NCBI GenBank assembly: GCA_027623675.1
Contig: JAQBVF010000036.1
Coordinates: 1 to 27,779, forward strand
Length of the DNA stretch: 27,779 nucleotides
Direction: 5' to 3'
From: Chloroflexota bacterium
Lineage (GTDB): Bacteria > Chloroflexota > Dehalococcoidia > Lucifugimonadales > UBA3495
How positions within the stretch are numbered: the first letter of the stretch is position 1; each line of letters opens with the position of its first letter. A program made the translations under genes and the position numbers. The notes beneath the pieces were generated by a model, which was not told the DNA's origin, did not search any database, and saw only the letters and a list, made by a program, of their open reading frames with translations. Positions 15,598 through 25,945 of this stretch are shown in pieces.

Positions 15598-16392
15598 CTA
15601 AAAAACCAGCCCTTCAGCTTCGGCGGCTTTCTCTATCAACTCCCAGCCTTCTTCCATCCCCGGCACAAAGTAGCGGCAGGCCTCACCGTCCAAAACCGAT
15701 TTTCCCACCGCGTCCTCGGCGGTGACGGATAGGAAAGCGGCTTCGATCTCCGACACCAGGGCTGGGTCAAGTGTCTGCTGCGACGTGAAGCAGCAGTGAC
15801 TGTATCCAGGACTGGACCAAAATATCCGAAAATCGTCTCTGGGCAATGTGCCGTCTTCGGCCATGACTTCCATGGCCCGTTGGCTGACGGCTCCCGCATC
15901 GAATTCCCCGCTAACCACGCGTTCGATCACGTCCTGTTCATCGGACTTGGCATCCGATCTCCGGTCGTCGTAGAAGCTGTTGGCCGCCAGGTCCTTGGAC
16001 GGGTTGATCCCCGAATCCTTCAGGAGCGAATAGGCCAAAAGTCCCGCCTGCACCGACGACCGGCGGCCGAAGGCGAAGCTGCGGTTCTTTAGGTCTTCCA
16101 CGGTCAATATGTTGGAACCGGTGGCGGTGATGAAGTGGGTGGTGAAGTTGACATCCACGTCCCGCATGGCGATCACCCGGCAACCGTCGCCCGCCTGACG
16201 CTTCATCTTCACGTAGCTAAGTGGGCCGTTCCAGGCCAGGTCGATCTCCCCTTTAACGAAGGCGTCGACCATGATGTCGTAATCGGAGTACAAGACCCAT
16301 TCCAAGTCGATTCCCCGCCGTCGAAATAGGGTCTCAAGCCCTTGGAAAACCTCCATATGGGGCGCCGTTGCCGTGCCACCTAACCTAACCAT
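15598..16392 (-). CDS. PhnD/phosphonate-binding-fold protein without signal peptide
   Basis: LYSDYDIMVDAFVKGEIDLAWNGPLSYV, DLKNRSFAFGRRSSVQAG, VVSGEFDAGAV; GGAGG 6 nt before ATG 16392. Confidence 0.85.
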   Translation of the reverse strand: MVRLGGTATAPHMEVFQGLETLFRRRGIDLEWVLYSDYDIMVDAFVKGEIDLAWNGPLSYVKMKRQAGDGCRVIAMRDVDVNFTTHFITATGSNILTVEDLKNRSFAFGRRSSVQAGLLAYSLLKDSGINPSKDLAANSFYDDRRSDAKSDEQDVIERVVSGEFDAGAVSQRAMEVMAEDGTLPRDDFRIFWSSPGYSHCCFTSQQTLDPALVSEIEAAFLSVTAEDAVGKSVLDGEACRYFVPGMEEGWELIEKAAEAEGLVF

Positions 16393-16711
16393 TGCCATCC
16401 TCCGCAAATAACGTCTGGTAAAGATATTTGGCGCTTATAGATTATGAAACCCTACGCAAGCATATGAACGCGCATGTCATAGATTACAACATCTCTGGGA
16501 CCAGTCGTTGGCCCCCAAGTGATTGATTAAACACTTGAACCCCACCGCGGACCTGCATATGGGGCCGGACACATCATTGCCATCTATCCCCCTCCTAAAC
16601 CTGTACTTGCGCGCCAGTCCCAGTAGTTTGACGGTCCCCGAAATCAGACCACCAGACCCGGCTAGGCCCGAACATGATGCCGGTACTCCGGCAAGGACTC
16701 TTGGAGTACCG

Positions 16712-17882
16712 CTACTTCTTGAACTCCGGCATCACTTCCTTGCCGAACCGTTCCAACTGTTCCAGAATCACACTCTGGGGCGTTCCGATCACCGAGCCAA
16801 CATTTATCTGGTCAAGACCGGGATACCGGGTCTGCAGATCGTTAATCTTCTCGGCAATCATGTCCGGAGGGCCGCAGAGCCAGGAGCCCGCTTTTACCCC
16901 ATCCTCCAGCGTCGGCAGTCCGGCGGACCTGGCCTTGGCAGAGCCAGCGCCCAATGCGGAGATCTGGTCATTGGACAGGCCTCGCACGAACCCCAGGGGC
17001 GCGAACATCTTCATATTCTCCTCAAAGAACCGGCGAGCCTCGTTGATGGCTTTCTCTTCTGTGTCGGCGATGTGGACGGAGTAGCCGATGCAGAGGTCGG
17101 CGCCCAGTTCGGTGTCACGTCCGCTCTTGGCCAGAGTGTCGCGCCATTGTCCGACCACTTGGTCGGTAGCCCCGCCTGCCGGCGGCGCCGCCGCCGATGA
17201 TGCCTTTGATGCCGTGCTTGACCATGAAATCCATGGCCCTTTGGCTGGCGCTGACCACCGGCTGCCAAGTCTCTACGGGCAGGGTCCGGGGGCGGGGCAC
17301 CAGGGTGATCTCTTTCAGCGTGTAGCCCCGGTATGGGACCTCCGGGGGCAGGTCATAATACTTGCCGTGATGGGAGAAGGACTCCTCGTTGAAGGCCTTC
17401 ATCATGATCTCGACCTGCTCTTCGAATATCTCCCGGTTGGCGTCGTTGTCTGTCAGCGTGCTGGGAACGCCAAAGGTATCGACCTCCCGGGAGTGGTAGC
17501 CGCGGCCGACGCCGAATATGACCCGCCCACCGGTGAGGATATCGGCGGTGGCGTAGTCTTCAGCCAGGCGCAGCGGATGCCACATGGGATTGACGTTGAA
17601 CCCGCAGCCAAACTTCAAGTTCTTGGTCAGATGTGCCAGATGAACGTAGAGGAGCAGCAGATTGGGCAGGCATTCGTAGCCCTCGCGCTGAAAATGGTGC
17701 TCGGCCGACCAGAAGGTGTCGTAGCCAAGTTCTTCGAGCTTGAGGGCGATCGCCTCAGTCTTCCCGAATACACCGGCCAATCTCTCGTCCGAGAGCCACC
17801 GGTCGTTCACGGGCGTCGCGTCGAATCCCGTGTCGTCGAAGTCCACGTGTCCCGCGAATAGACTTCCAAATTTGGTGATCAT
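16712..17882 (-). pseudogene. LLM-class (luciferase-like) flavin-dependent oxidoreductase split by a +1 frameshift
   Basis: AEHHFQREGYE, WHPLRLAEDYATADILTGGRVIFGVGRGY in 17115..17894 and GSWLCGPPD...QLERFGKEVMP in 16712..17158; removing one base at about 17179-17182 gives continuous GGGAAAGGATDQVVGQW. SD GGAGG before ATG 17882. Confidence 0.85.
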
Positions 17883-18151
17883 CTGATCCTCCACAATCGT
17901 TAAGCGTTTGACTCTGGGGGGCGTTGCCGCTCATTTTAGACAGGCATGGATTATTGTCAACCGGAATATTCGATGGCCGCGGCGAGCGGCATCGAATACT
18001 GTCCGGTAGCAACCGCTCGGTCAGCATCTGAGATGCCCCGTCATTTGTTACTATTTATCTGTACCTATTATCTGTACCTATCCGATGGAGGGACACCAGA
18101 GGCTTCCTGGCCGTAAACCTTGCTATTTTATCGGCTTGGTGATTAACGAGC

Positions 18152-18940
18152 ATGGCTAGAGAAAACACCGGGCGCAAGATCATGATCGTGGACGACGAAT
18201 CAGAGTCGGCCATACTCCGCGCCGTCCGCCGCCGCTTGGAGGAAGAGGGCTGGACCGCGGTGGTGGTCCAACCCGAGCCCAGTCATTCAGTGGGGGAGGA
18301 ATTCGAGGCCGCCGCCCTCTGGTCCGTTGAGGAAGACCGGCCCGACGCCGTTCTGCTGGACGTTCGGTTCGGCGAGCACCGCGACGACCAGTTCCGGGGG
18401 CTCGGCATCCTGAGCGAGATGGTCGAGCGGTGGCCTGACCTGCCCATATTGATGTTTACCCAGTACGCCCAGGGGCCGGACCGGGAAACGGCGGTCCGCG
18501 GTTCTCTCAAATGGGACGCGCCGGTGGACTTCATCGACAAGCTGGCCAGTCCCGACGAGGTGATACTACGGCTGCGCCGGCTGATCGGCACGGCCCCCCA
18601 GTCCATCCCAGTCGGGGACCAGATATTGGTGGACGTCGACAAGCATCTGGTGTACGTCGGCGTTGGCGATGACCGTGCCCCGGCTTTGGACATTCAGGGC
18701 ATGAAGTTCGAGATATTCCGGGAGTTGGCCGCCACATGGTACCGGAGTCCCGGCGAATTGGTGCCTTTCTCGCGCCTGGAGCGCTACTCTGAGGGTGAGG
18801 ACCCCCGGGCCTCCTTGCGCGTTAGGATCCGGGAGATCAAGGACGCGCTGGGCCGGGCCATGGACACGCGGTTCGGTCCCGCCGAGCTGATCCTGAACGT
18901 TCGAGACCAAGGCTACCGGTTGGTGCCGCCCAAGTCATGA
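18152..18940 (+). CDS. Response regulator (receiver + winged-helix-like output)
   Basis: IMIVDDE, VLLDV, PILMFT, FIDK; C-terminal SLRVRIREIK...ILNVRDQGYRL as in the OmpR/PhoB family. Confidence 0.9.
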   Translation: MARENTGRKIMIVDDESESAILRAVRRRLEEEGWTAVVVQPEPSHSVGEEFEAAALWSVEEDRPDAVLLDVRFGEHRDDQFRGLGILSEMVERWPDLPILMFTQYAQGPDRETAVRGSLKWDAPVDFIDKLASPDEVILRLRRLIGTAPQSIPVGDQILVDVDKHLVYVGVGDDRAPALDIQGMKFEIFRELAATWYRSPGELVPFSRLERYSEGEDPRASLRVRIREIKDALGRAMDTRFGPAELILNVRDQGYRLVPPKS

Positions 18941-19923
18941 CCAGATTCCTCACCCCAGCCAAGATCACCGGCGGGATCATCGCCATCGCCGGCCTTGTCT
19001 GCATCATCCTGGCCCCGTTGATCGGGGAGAGTGTGTTCGACTCCCTCTGGGGCATCGAGCCGCTTTCTTACATCGGCGGAGCGCTATTGATCATCGGGCT
19101 TGGGATGGCGGCCCTGACCTACGCCGGCCCCGAGCTATCCCAACGCAGGTCGGGGCGGTGGCACAACAACCAACATCCCGACCAGAGTTGGAGCGAAACC
19201 ACCCTCCAATACTTCCAGTTGTTCGACCACGACCTGGGGCGTCCGCTGCGAAGGATCGCCGGCAAGGAACGAGAACTGCGGGCGGTCATGCGTGTTGCGC
19301 CTGGCGTTGTTGACCCCGGCGTGAAGGACTTGCTGGACGAGATAGAACGCCAAACGCCAAACTTTCGGCTGATGATGTCCAACATCCAGGTGCTGATTCA
19401 GTTGGAATCCCCGGAAAGAGAAGACCAATTGCAGCCCGTGGAGCCGGCCGAGGTTGTCAGGCGCATCGCCGACCGGTACTCGGCGGTCGCCTCGGAGGCC
19501 GGCAAGGAGATCTCCTGGTGGTCGGAACCGGCTGAAATGGGGCTGGTCTACGCCAATGCCAACGCCATCGAGCATATCGTGACCAATCTGGTGGACAACG
19601 CGGTCCGGTACGCCGACACCCACGTGGAGGTAAAGCTGACCAAGGACCTGGACCATTTCTTCGTCCGGGTCTGGGATGACGGGCCCGGCATCGGCCAGCA
19701 GTACATCCAGCATCTATTCGACCGGGGGTGGACACCGGAAGTCGCCCGGCGCGAGGAGAAATCCAGCTCGGGGTTGGGGCTATTCATCGCCCGAAGCCTG
19801 GCCAGGCGTTCCGGAGGAGACCTGAGCATCGAGAGCGATGACCGGGCGGGCAGCGGCCATTACACATCCTGCCTGCTGAGTTTGCCATCGAATATGCAAC
19901 TGCGGGAGAACGGATCACAATGA
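18937..19923 (+). CDS. Membrane sensor histidine kinase
   Basis: Two N-terminal TM helices, H-box FDHDLGRPL, NLVDNAVRY, DDGPGI, LFDRG, GLGLFIA; ATGA overlap with the regulator. Confidence 0.92.
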   Translation: MTRFLTPAKITGGIIAIAGLVCIILAPLIGESVFDSLWGIEPLSYIGGALLIIGLGMAALTYAGPELSQRRSGRWHNNQHPDQSWSETTLQYFQLFDHDLGRPLRRIAGKERELRAVMRVAPGVVDPGVKDLLDEIERQTPNFRLMMSNIQVLIQLESPEREDQLQPVEPAEVVRRIADRYSAVASEAGKEISWWSEPAEMGLVYANANAIEHIVTNLVDNAVRYADTHVEVKLTKDLDHFFVRVWDDGPGIGQQYIQHLFDRGWTPEVARREEKSSSGLGLFIARSLARRSGGDLSIESDDRAGSGHYTSCLLSLPSNMQLRENGSQ

Positions 19924-20139
19924 AACAGCGGCCTACGATAGAGCGTCCACTCTGGATATAACGTTCAGCAAGCGTTTTATCGCCACCAGGCCATCGCCTG
20001 TATGGACGCAGCCCGTGTAATACTGGTGTAAGGATGTTATTAGTAGCCTGAAAGCAGCCAACGGGGCCAGTGGGTCAGTTCCCACTGCCGTGGAACATCG
20101 GCTGTCAGACGCAACATTACAGATGACGATTCTATCTAC

Positions 20140-20835
20140 ATGAAACTGCCGGGCGGGATCCTGGTCTTGGCGGCAGCCCTGTTCCTCGTTTTTTCCGCCT
20201 GTGTTTCTCAGGTGGACCGGAACGGCACGCCCACGCCCGACCTCGTGCCCAAGGGCACGCCGCCGGCAGTCCCAACCCCCGCCCCCACCCTTGCCCAAAC
20301 AGTTGTTCCAACCCCAGCCAGTGACTTATTTCTGAAGGTAAGCGCCCCGCAGGACGGAGCAACCGTGCCCGGTGAAGCGGTTGTGGTGTACGGGCTCACC
20401 TTGCCCGGCGCCGGGATCGAGATCAACGGCTCGGCGGCGGCCGTGGACAAGAAAGGCGGATTCAGCGCCGAAACGCAATTGTCCCCGGGCCTCAACAATA
20501 TTGAGGTAACGGCCTTCGACGGGGAGGGCAACCGGGAAACCGCGTCCCTGGTGATAACCTCTCTGGCATTGCCGCCCCAACCTTTTTTGCTATTGGTTAC
20601 CGAGCCGCGAACTCAAAGCGTGGTGTACAACTCCCTGCTGCGACTGACCGGCAGGACCGGCCCCAACGCGATCGCCAGCATCAACGGGGTATCGGTGGCG
20701 GTCGATCTCTTTGGTTCTTTCTCGACCACCGTCGCGCTGGAACCGGGCCCCAACATGATTGACGTGGTAGCAACCAACAACGACGGCCAAATATTGAGCA
20801 CAGTGGTGGCCGTCATCTACCGGGAGTCAGGTTGA
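20140..20835 (+). CDS. Lipoprotein with Pro/Thr linker and two Ig-like domains
   Basis: Lipobox FSAC; PTP-rich linker; two repeats ending L(S/E)PGxNxI(E/D)VxA. Confidence 0.85.
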   Translation: MKLPGGILVLAAALFLVFSACVSQVDRNGTPTPDLVPKGTPPAVPTPAPTLAQTVVPTPASDLFLKVSAPQDGATVPGEAVVVYGLTLPGAGIEINGSAAAVDKKGGFSAETQLSPGLNNIEVTAFDGEGNRETASLVITSLALPPQPFLLLVTEPRTQSVVYNSLLRLTGRTGPNAIASINGVSVAVDLFGSFSTTVALEPGPNMIDVVATNNDGQILSTVVAVIYRESG

Positions 20836-20943
20836 ACGTAAATATCAGAGTAATACGCCCGTAATACCTATTATGTCATTCTATCGGTGTAACAGACACA
20901 TATATCATTCAAATCTACCAATATTGAAACTGATTCCAATCAA

Positions 20944-23900
20944 ATGAACATCGCCGCCAACATGAAATCGACCAAGGTGCTTCTCCTCCTGATGGGAGCG
21001 GCTCTGGCTCTGGCCGCGTTGCTCATTATGGTCACCAACGTTTCAGCCCAGCCGGTTGCCGACCTAGACCTGACCTTTGGCGGAGGCGGGGACGATTTCG
21101 CCCATGCGGCGGTGCAAACGCCAGACGGTGGGTTTGTCGTTGCCGGGGAGACCCAGTCCTCCGGCGCCGGGGGCCGTGATGTTTGGCTCATCAAGACCGA
21201 TGGGTCTGGCAACCAATTATGGACCCGCACTTTCGGCGGTCCGGCGGACGACGTGGCCTTCGCCATAGCCAAGACCCGTGACGGCGGCCTGGTGATGGCC
21301 GGTTCGACCGCGGCGGACGAGGATGCAAAGACCGACTTTTTGCTGATCAAGACCGATTCTTTCGGCATCAGACAATGGTCACAGACCTACGCCAATCTGG
21401 GTCTGCGGGGGATACTCAACGTCGAATCCAATGACGTGGCTTATGCGGTCCGTCAGACTCAAGATGGCGGCTACATCGTCGCCGGCTCCACCGATGGTGA
21501 GGCCGGCCGGAACATTTGGCTGGTGAAGACCGACTCGGGCGGAATACTGGTCTGGGACCAAGAGTTCGGCGCCAACGGCTCGGAAACCGCGTACAGCGTG
21601 CTGCAAACGGCCGACGGCGGTTACGTGGTGGCCGGCAGCACCGACTCCATCGACCTGGCGAGCAACGGAGGCGCCGACTTCTTGCTGCTGAAGACCGACG
21701 CCGAAGGCAGACCGCTGTGGACCAATACTCTGGGCGGAGAGTTCAACGATGAAGCCAGGTCTGTGATTGAGACCCAAGACGGTGGGTTCGCCTTGGCCGG
21801 GACTACCTGGTCCAAAGGGGCCGGGTTGTCAGACTTTTGGCTGGTCAAGACCGACCCCTACGGCGAGGAGATCTGGAACAAGACCTATGGCGGGGCAAGT
21901 AGGGATGCGGCCTACGGGCTGCAACAGACCCGGGACGGCGGTTACGCGCTGGGCGGCTGGTCCGAATCGTTCCCCGGAGGAGACCATTTCTGGGTGGTTA
22001 AGGCCGATCCCGCTGGGAGCCTAGTCTGGGAGGCCACCTACGGTGAATCTTCCGGGGCCAGGGCCATCCAACAGACCATGGACGGAGGCTACCTGATCGC
22101 CGGCTGGTCCGGTCCTCTAGAGGGTGTTCGGGATATACGCCTGATCAAGACCGTACCAGACCGGCCCTCGACGACTTCCCGGTCCGGGCCGGTGGTCGTC
22201 TTGGAGAACCTGGGATCTTCTAATATCTCTTCCGCTGCCATCGGCTTTGGCTCCACTCCCGACGACTCTCCGCACCTGTTCGGTTATCAGGGCCGGTACC
22301 TGGACCGGAACAACATTCTGCCGCCGAATACCATTGCCTGTACCGCTCCAATCTCTGGTTTGGCCAACGGGACCTACCTGACCTTCGACCAGATCGGAAG
22401 CGGCGGCAATGTATTGATCGACAATGTAACCGCTGGGCTCTCCGGCGTGAAGATATTGCCCGATATCACTTTTATGCCCTTCGATCTGACGTACGGGACC
22501 GGCGGCGGAAGAATCATCGGCCAGTTCCGGATCGCATCCGAGTCCCCCTGCGGCGGGGAGGTTCCCTCCGGTGAGCCCAGCGCTCCGACCGGACTAACCG
22601 TGGCCGCATCCGATACTGATTCCGGCACATTGGTCCTGGACTGGGACGACAATCCGGAAACCAATACCGCCGGCTACAACGTTTACCTGAGTCTGACCAA
22701 GAACGGGCCCTACAGACAGATATCCGGTTCCATCCCAAGTTCTGAGCGCATCGATTCCCGTCTGGTGCCAGGAACCGAGTACCACTATGTGGTTTCGGCG
22801 TTGAACGACTTTGGCATAGAGTCCGCCAAGTCCACCGTTACTTCCGGGATTCCCGCCAAACTGACCGACCCCCTTCCGCCGGCGGGCCTGAGGGTCACGA
22901 CACAGGATCGCCAGGCCGGTTTCGTTGAATTGGACTGGGAAGACATCAGGTCGTCCGATCTGGAAGGCTACAACGTATACCGCCGGCTGAGCAATGAAGA
23001 TGCATTCAGCTTGATCTCGTCCGGTTCAAGCTCGTCCACCTACATCGATCGGCTGGTCCCGGAAGGGGTCGATTTCATCTACGTGGTCACGACGGTCGAC
23101 TCCGCTGGCAACGAATCTGTCCGGTCCAATTTTGCCCCCATACCCATGGACTTCTTTGGCACCGTGGTCGGTGTCCGCACCAATTCCTTCGACGAGCGCG
23201 TTCTGGTGCTGCAGACCGACCAAGGACACGCCGAAGTGGTGGTTACCCGTCAGACAAATGTCCAAGTGCCTCGGGTTAGATCCGCAAGCATCGCCGACCT
23301 TAGCGATGGCGATTTCGTTGCCGTTTCCATGACTCGGCAACTAGGACGCTTGGTTGCCAGCAAGATACAGTTGGCGCCCAGCAAAACCCAGAGCCGTCAA
23401 GTTCCGGGGACCGTGACGAGCATCAGCCGGGCCCAGATCACGATTCAGCCGCTGGGCAACGGCAAAGACCCCATCACTTTCACGCTGTCCGACGAGGTCA
23501 AGATCAATTTCCACCGGGGAATCACCGCTATCGACCCGGGCTCTTTCGTCGTGGTCGGAGCGGAGAGGAACCAAGACACCGGACAGCTTTCTCCCCAGGC
23601 CACCGAGATCAACGTAACCGCCGCCAAGAAGTCGGGCCAAGGCCAATCCGCCCAGACCGGGGATACGCCAAATAAGTCGGCCACGCTGCAGGGCGTGTTC
23701 GAGGGAATAAACCCCGACACCGGCAGTATATTGGTGGACGGCGTCGAAGTTCCATTGGCCGTCAGCACGGTTATCCGGTCCGGCCTAGTAGCCGGGAACA
23801 CGGTGAGGATCGCGGCAGAAGTGTTGCCGAATGGTTCTCTAGTGGCCCTTGAAGTTGTAAGGATAGACGATGACGGGGAAGAGGTCTCGGAGAAAACTGC

Positions 23901-25602
23901 GTTAAGTGGGGTATTCGGAGGGGTGGACCAAGACACCCGCCAGTGGAACATCGGCGGCGCCCTGGTAACAGTAAACAGCCGCACCGACACCGACGGCCTG
24001 CCGCAGTTGGGTCAGAGGGTTAGAGTAAATGCGCTGCTGCAGAAAGACGGCTCCCTATTGGCCCGGGAGATCGAGAATCAATTGGGCATGGGGCGGCCGA
24101 TCGGCGAAATCGAGACTGAGTTGAGGGGCGTTCTCCAGGGCGCCGACTCCCAAGGAAACTGGGTCATCGGCGGACGCAAGGTGGTGGTCGACGCCGCCAC
24201 GGTGCTCAGCGGAAGCCCATCGGTGGGCCGCCACGTTTCGGTCAAAGCCGTTCAATCAGTCTCAGGCCGGTTGCTGGCCCGCAATATCGAGGACGAATCC
24301 GACGACAAGGGAAAAACCAAGCGCGAGGCCACCATCAGGGGCGTGGTTAGCCAGGTTTTGGCCGGCGGCGGCCTCGTCGTTGATGGAGTCCGGGTGGAAT
24401 CCAGCGCCCTGACCGAGCGTGCATTCACACCCAGGAAAGGGGATGCGGTGGAGATCAAGGCCCTGCTGCAGGCGACCGGGGTCTTTCTGGCCCGCCAGAT
24501 CGAGCAGGGTTTGGATGATATTCCCCGTGAAACCCCGGAAGAAGCCGCCGATTCAACCGACCCGGTAGACATCGAGGGCGTCATTCAAAAGGTGAATCAA
24601 GACGGCAGCTTGGTGATGAACGGCCTTCGCACCACCACCAGCGTGCTCACCGACCTTCAAGGGGAGCTCAAGGCCGGCTCGGCGGTCAGGGTGCGCGGCC
24701 TCTTGAGAGAGGACGGGGTGGTACTGGCCCGCTCCCTGCGCGGCGAGGACCGCGGCGCCACCAATAGCGGTACTGAGACCGTGGTCAAAGGGCGCCTGGA
24801 CCGGGTTAACCGCAACGACGACGGCAGCATCCGCAGCGTGGTCGTAAACGGCGTCACCGTCGCCGTGACGGCCCAGACCGCGGTTGCGGCCGACCTTATC
24901 ACCGGAAGTTCGGTAGCGGTCGCCGGTATCCTCAGTGATGGCCGGTTCGTGGCCGCCGAAGTGAAGGTCGACCGGCAGCCCGACCCCGACGAGAACCTGG
25001 GGGAAGTAGATATCAATGGCGTTATCGAACGGGTCAAACTCGACACCGACGGCAAGATTCTGTCGGTGACTGTTAGAGGACTGGAATTCCGGGTGGACCA
25101 GATAGCCCAACTCCGTGGGCGGCTGGAAGCAGGCAAGAAAATCTCGCTGAATGCATCAGCGAAGGATGGACGTCTGGTTGCCGTCAAAGTTGTGGTGGTA
25201 GCACCCGATTCGGGAGTGAACCGCCCCAGCAGATTCGAGATCGAAGGCGTTATCGCAAATATCGGGCGTGACATTCGTGGCAAGGTGAATAGCCTAAGAG
25301 TGTCGGGCGAAGATATAGCCGTTGAAGCCCTCAGCAATTCCAAAGGCGGATTCGCTCAGGGTGATTCTGTCCGGGTGGCAGGCCTGACCAGTAACGGGAA
25401 GCTACTGGCAGCGTCGATAGAGCCGGTTGGGCCAGGAGTTGGCCAGGACAGGGCGGAACCCGGCCGCCAGAACGAAGAGGCCAGGTCCAAGGGCGAGCGA
25501 GAGGGACTACCGCAGACCGCCAGGGATGCCATCGAACGGGCCAAGGAACAGGCCGCACAGGCCCGGGAAAAGGCCAAGGCCGAACGGGAGACAGACCAGT
25601 AG
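20944..25602 (+). CDS. Large secreted protein: 7-blade beta-propeller-like repeats, 2 FN3, about 10 DUF5666-like repeats
   Basis: Signal peptide ending VSA; seven (Q/K/E)TxDGGxxxxG repeats; two PxGL...LDW...GYNVY...Y.V...ES FN3 units; ten 'G(V/T)...V.G...G..V.V...G.L.A..I' repeats. Start may be 20962. Confidence 0.9.
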   Translation: MNIAANMKSTKVLLLLMGAALALAALLIMVTNVSAQPVADLDLTFGGGGDDFAHAAVQTPDGGFVVAGETQSSGAGGRDVWLIKTDGSGNQLWTRTFGGPADDVAFAIAKTRDGGLVMAGSTAADEDAKTDFLLIKTDSFGIRQWSQTYANLGLRGILNVESNDVAYAVRQTQDGGYIVAGSTDGEAGRNIWLVKTDSGGILVWDQEFGANGSETAYSVLQTADGGYVVAGSTDSIDLASNGGADFLLLKTDAEGRPLWTNTLGGEFNDEARSVIETQDGGFALAGTTWSKGAGLSDFWLVKTDPYGEEIWNKTYGGASRDAAYGLQQTRDGGYALGGWSESFPGGDHFWVVKADPAGSLVWEATYGESSGARAIQQTMDGGYLIAGWSGPLEGVRDIRLIKTVPDRPSTTSRSGPVVVLENLGSSNISSAAIGFGSTPDDSPHLFGYQGRYLDRNNILPPNTIACTAPISGLANGTYLTFDQIGSGGNVLIDNVTAGLSGVKILPDITFMPFDLTYGTGGGRIIGQFRIASESPCGGEVPSGEPSAPTGLTVAASDTDSGTLVLDWDDNPETNTAGYNVYLSLTKNGPYRQISGSIPSSERIDSRLVPGTEYHYVVSALNDFGIESAKSTVTSGIPAKLTDPLPPAGLRVTTQDRQAGFVELDWEDIRSSDLEGYNVYRRLSNEDAFSLISSGSSSSTYIDRLVPEGVDFIYVVTTVDSAGNESVRSNFAPIPMDFFGTVVGVRTNSFDERVLVLQTDQGHAEVVVTRQTNVQVPRVRSASIADLSDGDFVAVSMTRQLGRLVASKIQLAPSKTQSRQVPGTVTSISRAQITIQPLGNGKDPITFTLSDEVKINFHRGITAIDPGSFVVVGAERNQDTGQLSPQATEINVTAAKKSGQGQSAQTGDTPNKSATLQGVFEGINPDTGSILVDGVEVPLAVSTVIRSGLVAGNTVRIAAEVLPNGSLVALEVVRIDDDGEEVSEKTALSGVFGGVDQDTRQWNIGGALVTVNSRTDTDGLPQLGQRVRVNALLQKDGSLLAREIENQLGMGRPIGEIETELRGVLQGADSQGNWVIGGRKVVVDAATVLSGSPSVGRHVSVKAVQSVSGRLLARNIEDESDDKGKTKREATIRGVVSQVLAGGGLVVDGVRVESSALTERAFTPRKGDAVEIKALLQATGVFLARQIEQGLDDIPRETPEEAADSTDPVDIEGVIQKVNQDGSLVMNGLRTTTSVLTDLQGELKAGSAVRVRGLLREDGVVLARSLRGEDRGATNSGTETVVKGRLDRVNRNDDGSIRSVVVNGVTVAVTAQTAVAADLITGSSVAVAGILSDGRFVAAEVKVDRQPDPDENLGEVDINGVIERVKLDTDGKILSVTVRGLEFRVDQIAQLRGRLEAGKKISLNASAKDGRLVAVKVVVVAPDSGVNRPSRFEIEGVIANIGRDIRGKVNSLRVSGEDIAVEALSNSKGGFAQGDSVRVAGLTSNGKLLAASIEPVGPGVGQDRAEPGRQNEEARSKGEREGLPQTARDAIERAKEQAAQAREKAKAERETDQ

Positions 25603-25803
25603 CCTCGTGGCCTAGTCCCCCCGTTGGGCCTCTCCACCTTACTTAGTTCGTCCTTTTTACCCTCGGCCGTTCCCTTTCATCCGATAACACAGTCTCTTTT
25701 TCCGCCCAGAAGCCTGCTATTGGGCTGCCCTGAGACTGCCGAAGGAGTGACATTTTCACGGGACCATTAAGGGTGACATGATTTATGAACTATCAGATTC
25801 ATC

Positions 25804-25832
25804 TTGACACTCAAAATCGAAAGACATACACT
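25804..25832 (+). promoter_or_regulatory. sigma70 promoter for tRNA-Asp
   Basis: TTGACA-17 bp-TACACT, 36 bp before the tRNA. Confidence 0.8.
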
Positions 25833-25868
25833 CGACTTGCCGGACTGTAATGGTCCGGTGTTCTATGT

Positions 25869-25945
25869 GGCCCGGTGGTGTAGCGGTTTAACATATCGGC
25901 CTGTCACGCCGAAGATCGTGGGTTCGAATCCCATCCGGGTCGCCA
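25869..25945 (+). tRNA. tRNA-Asp(GTC)
   Basis: 77-nt cloverleaf GGCCCGG...TCGGC-CTGTCAC-GCCGA...GTGGG-TTCGAAT-CCCAT-CCGGGTC-G-CCA. Confidence 0.97.

Noticed and set aside
9581..25637. Numerous antisense ORFs over the large core genes (e.g. 11640..12485, 17088..17861, 24657..25343)
   Set aside because: Opposite-strand shadows of well-supported genes with biased codon usage.
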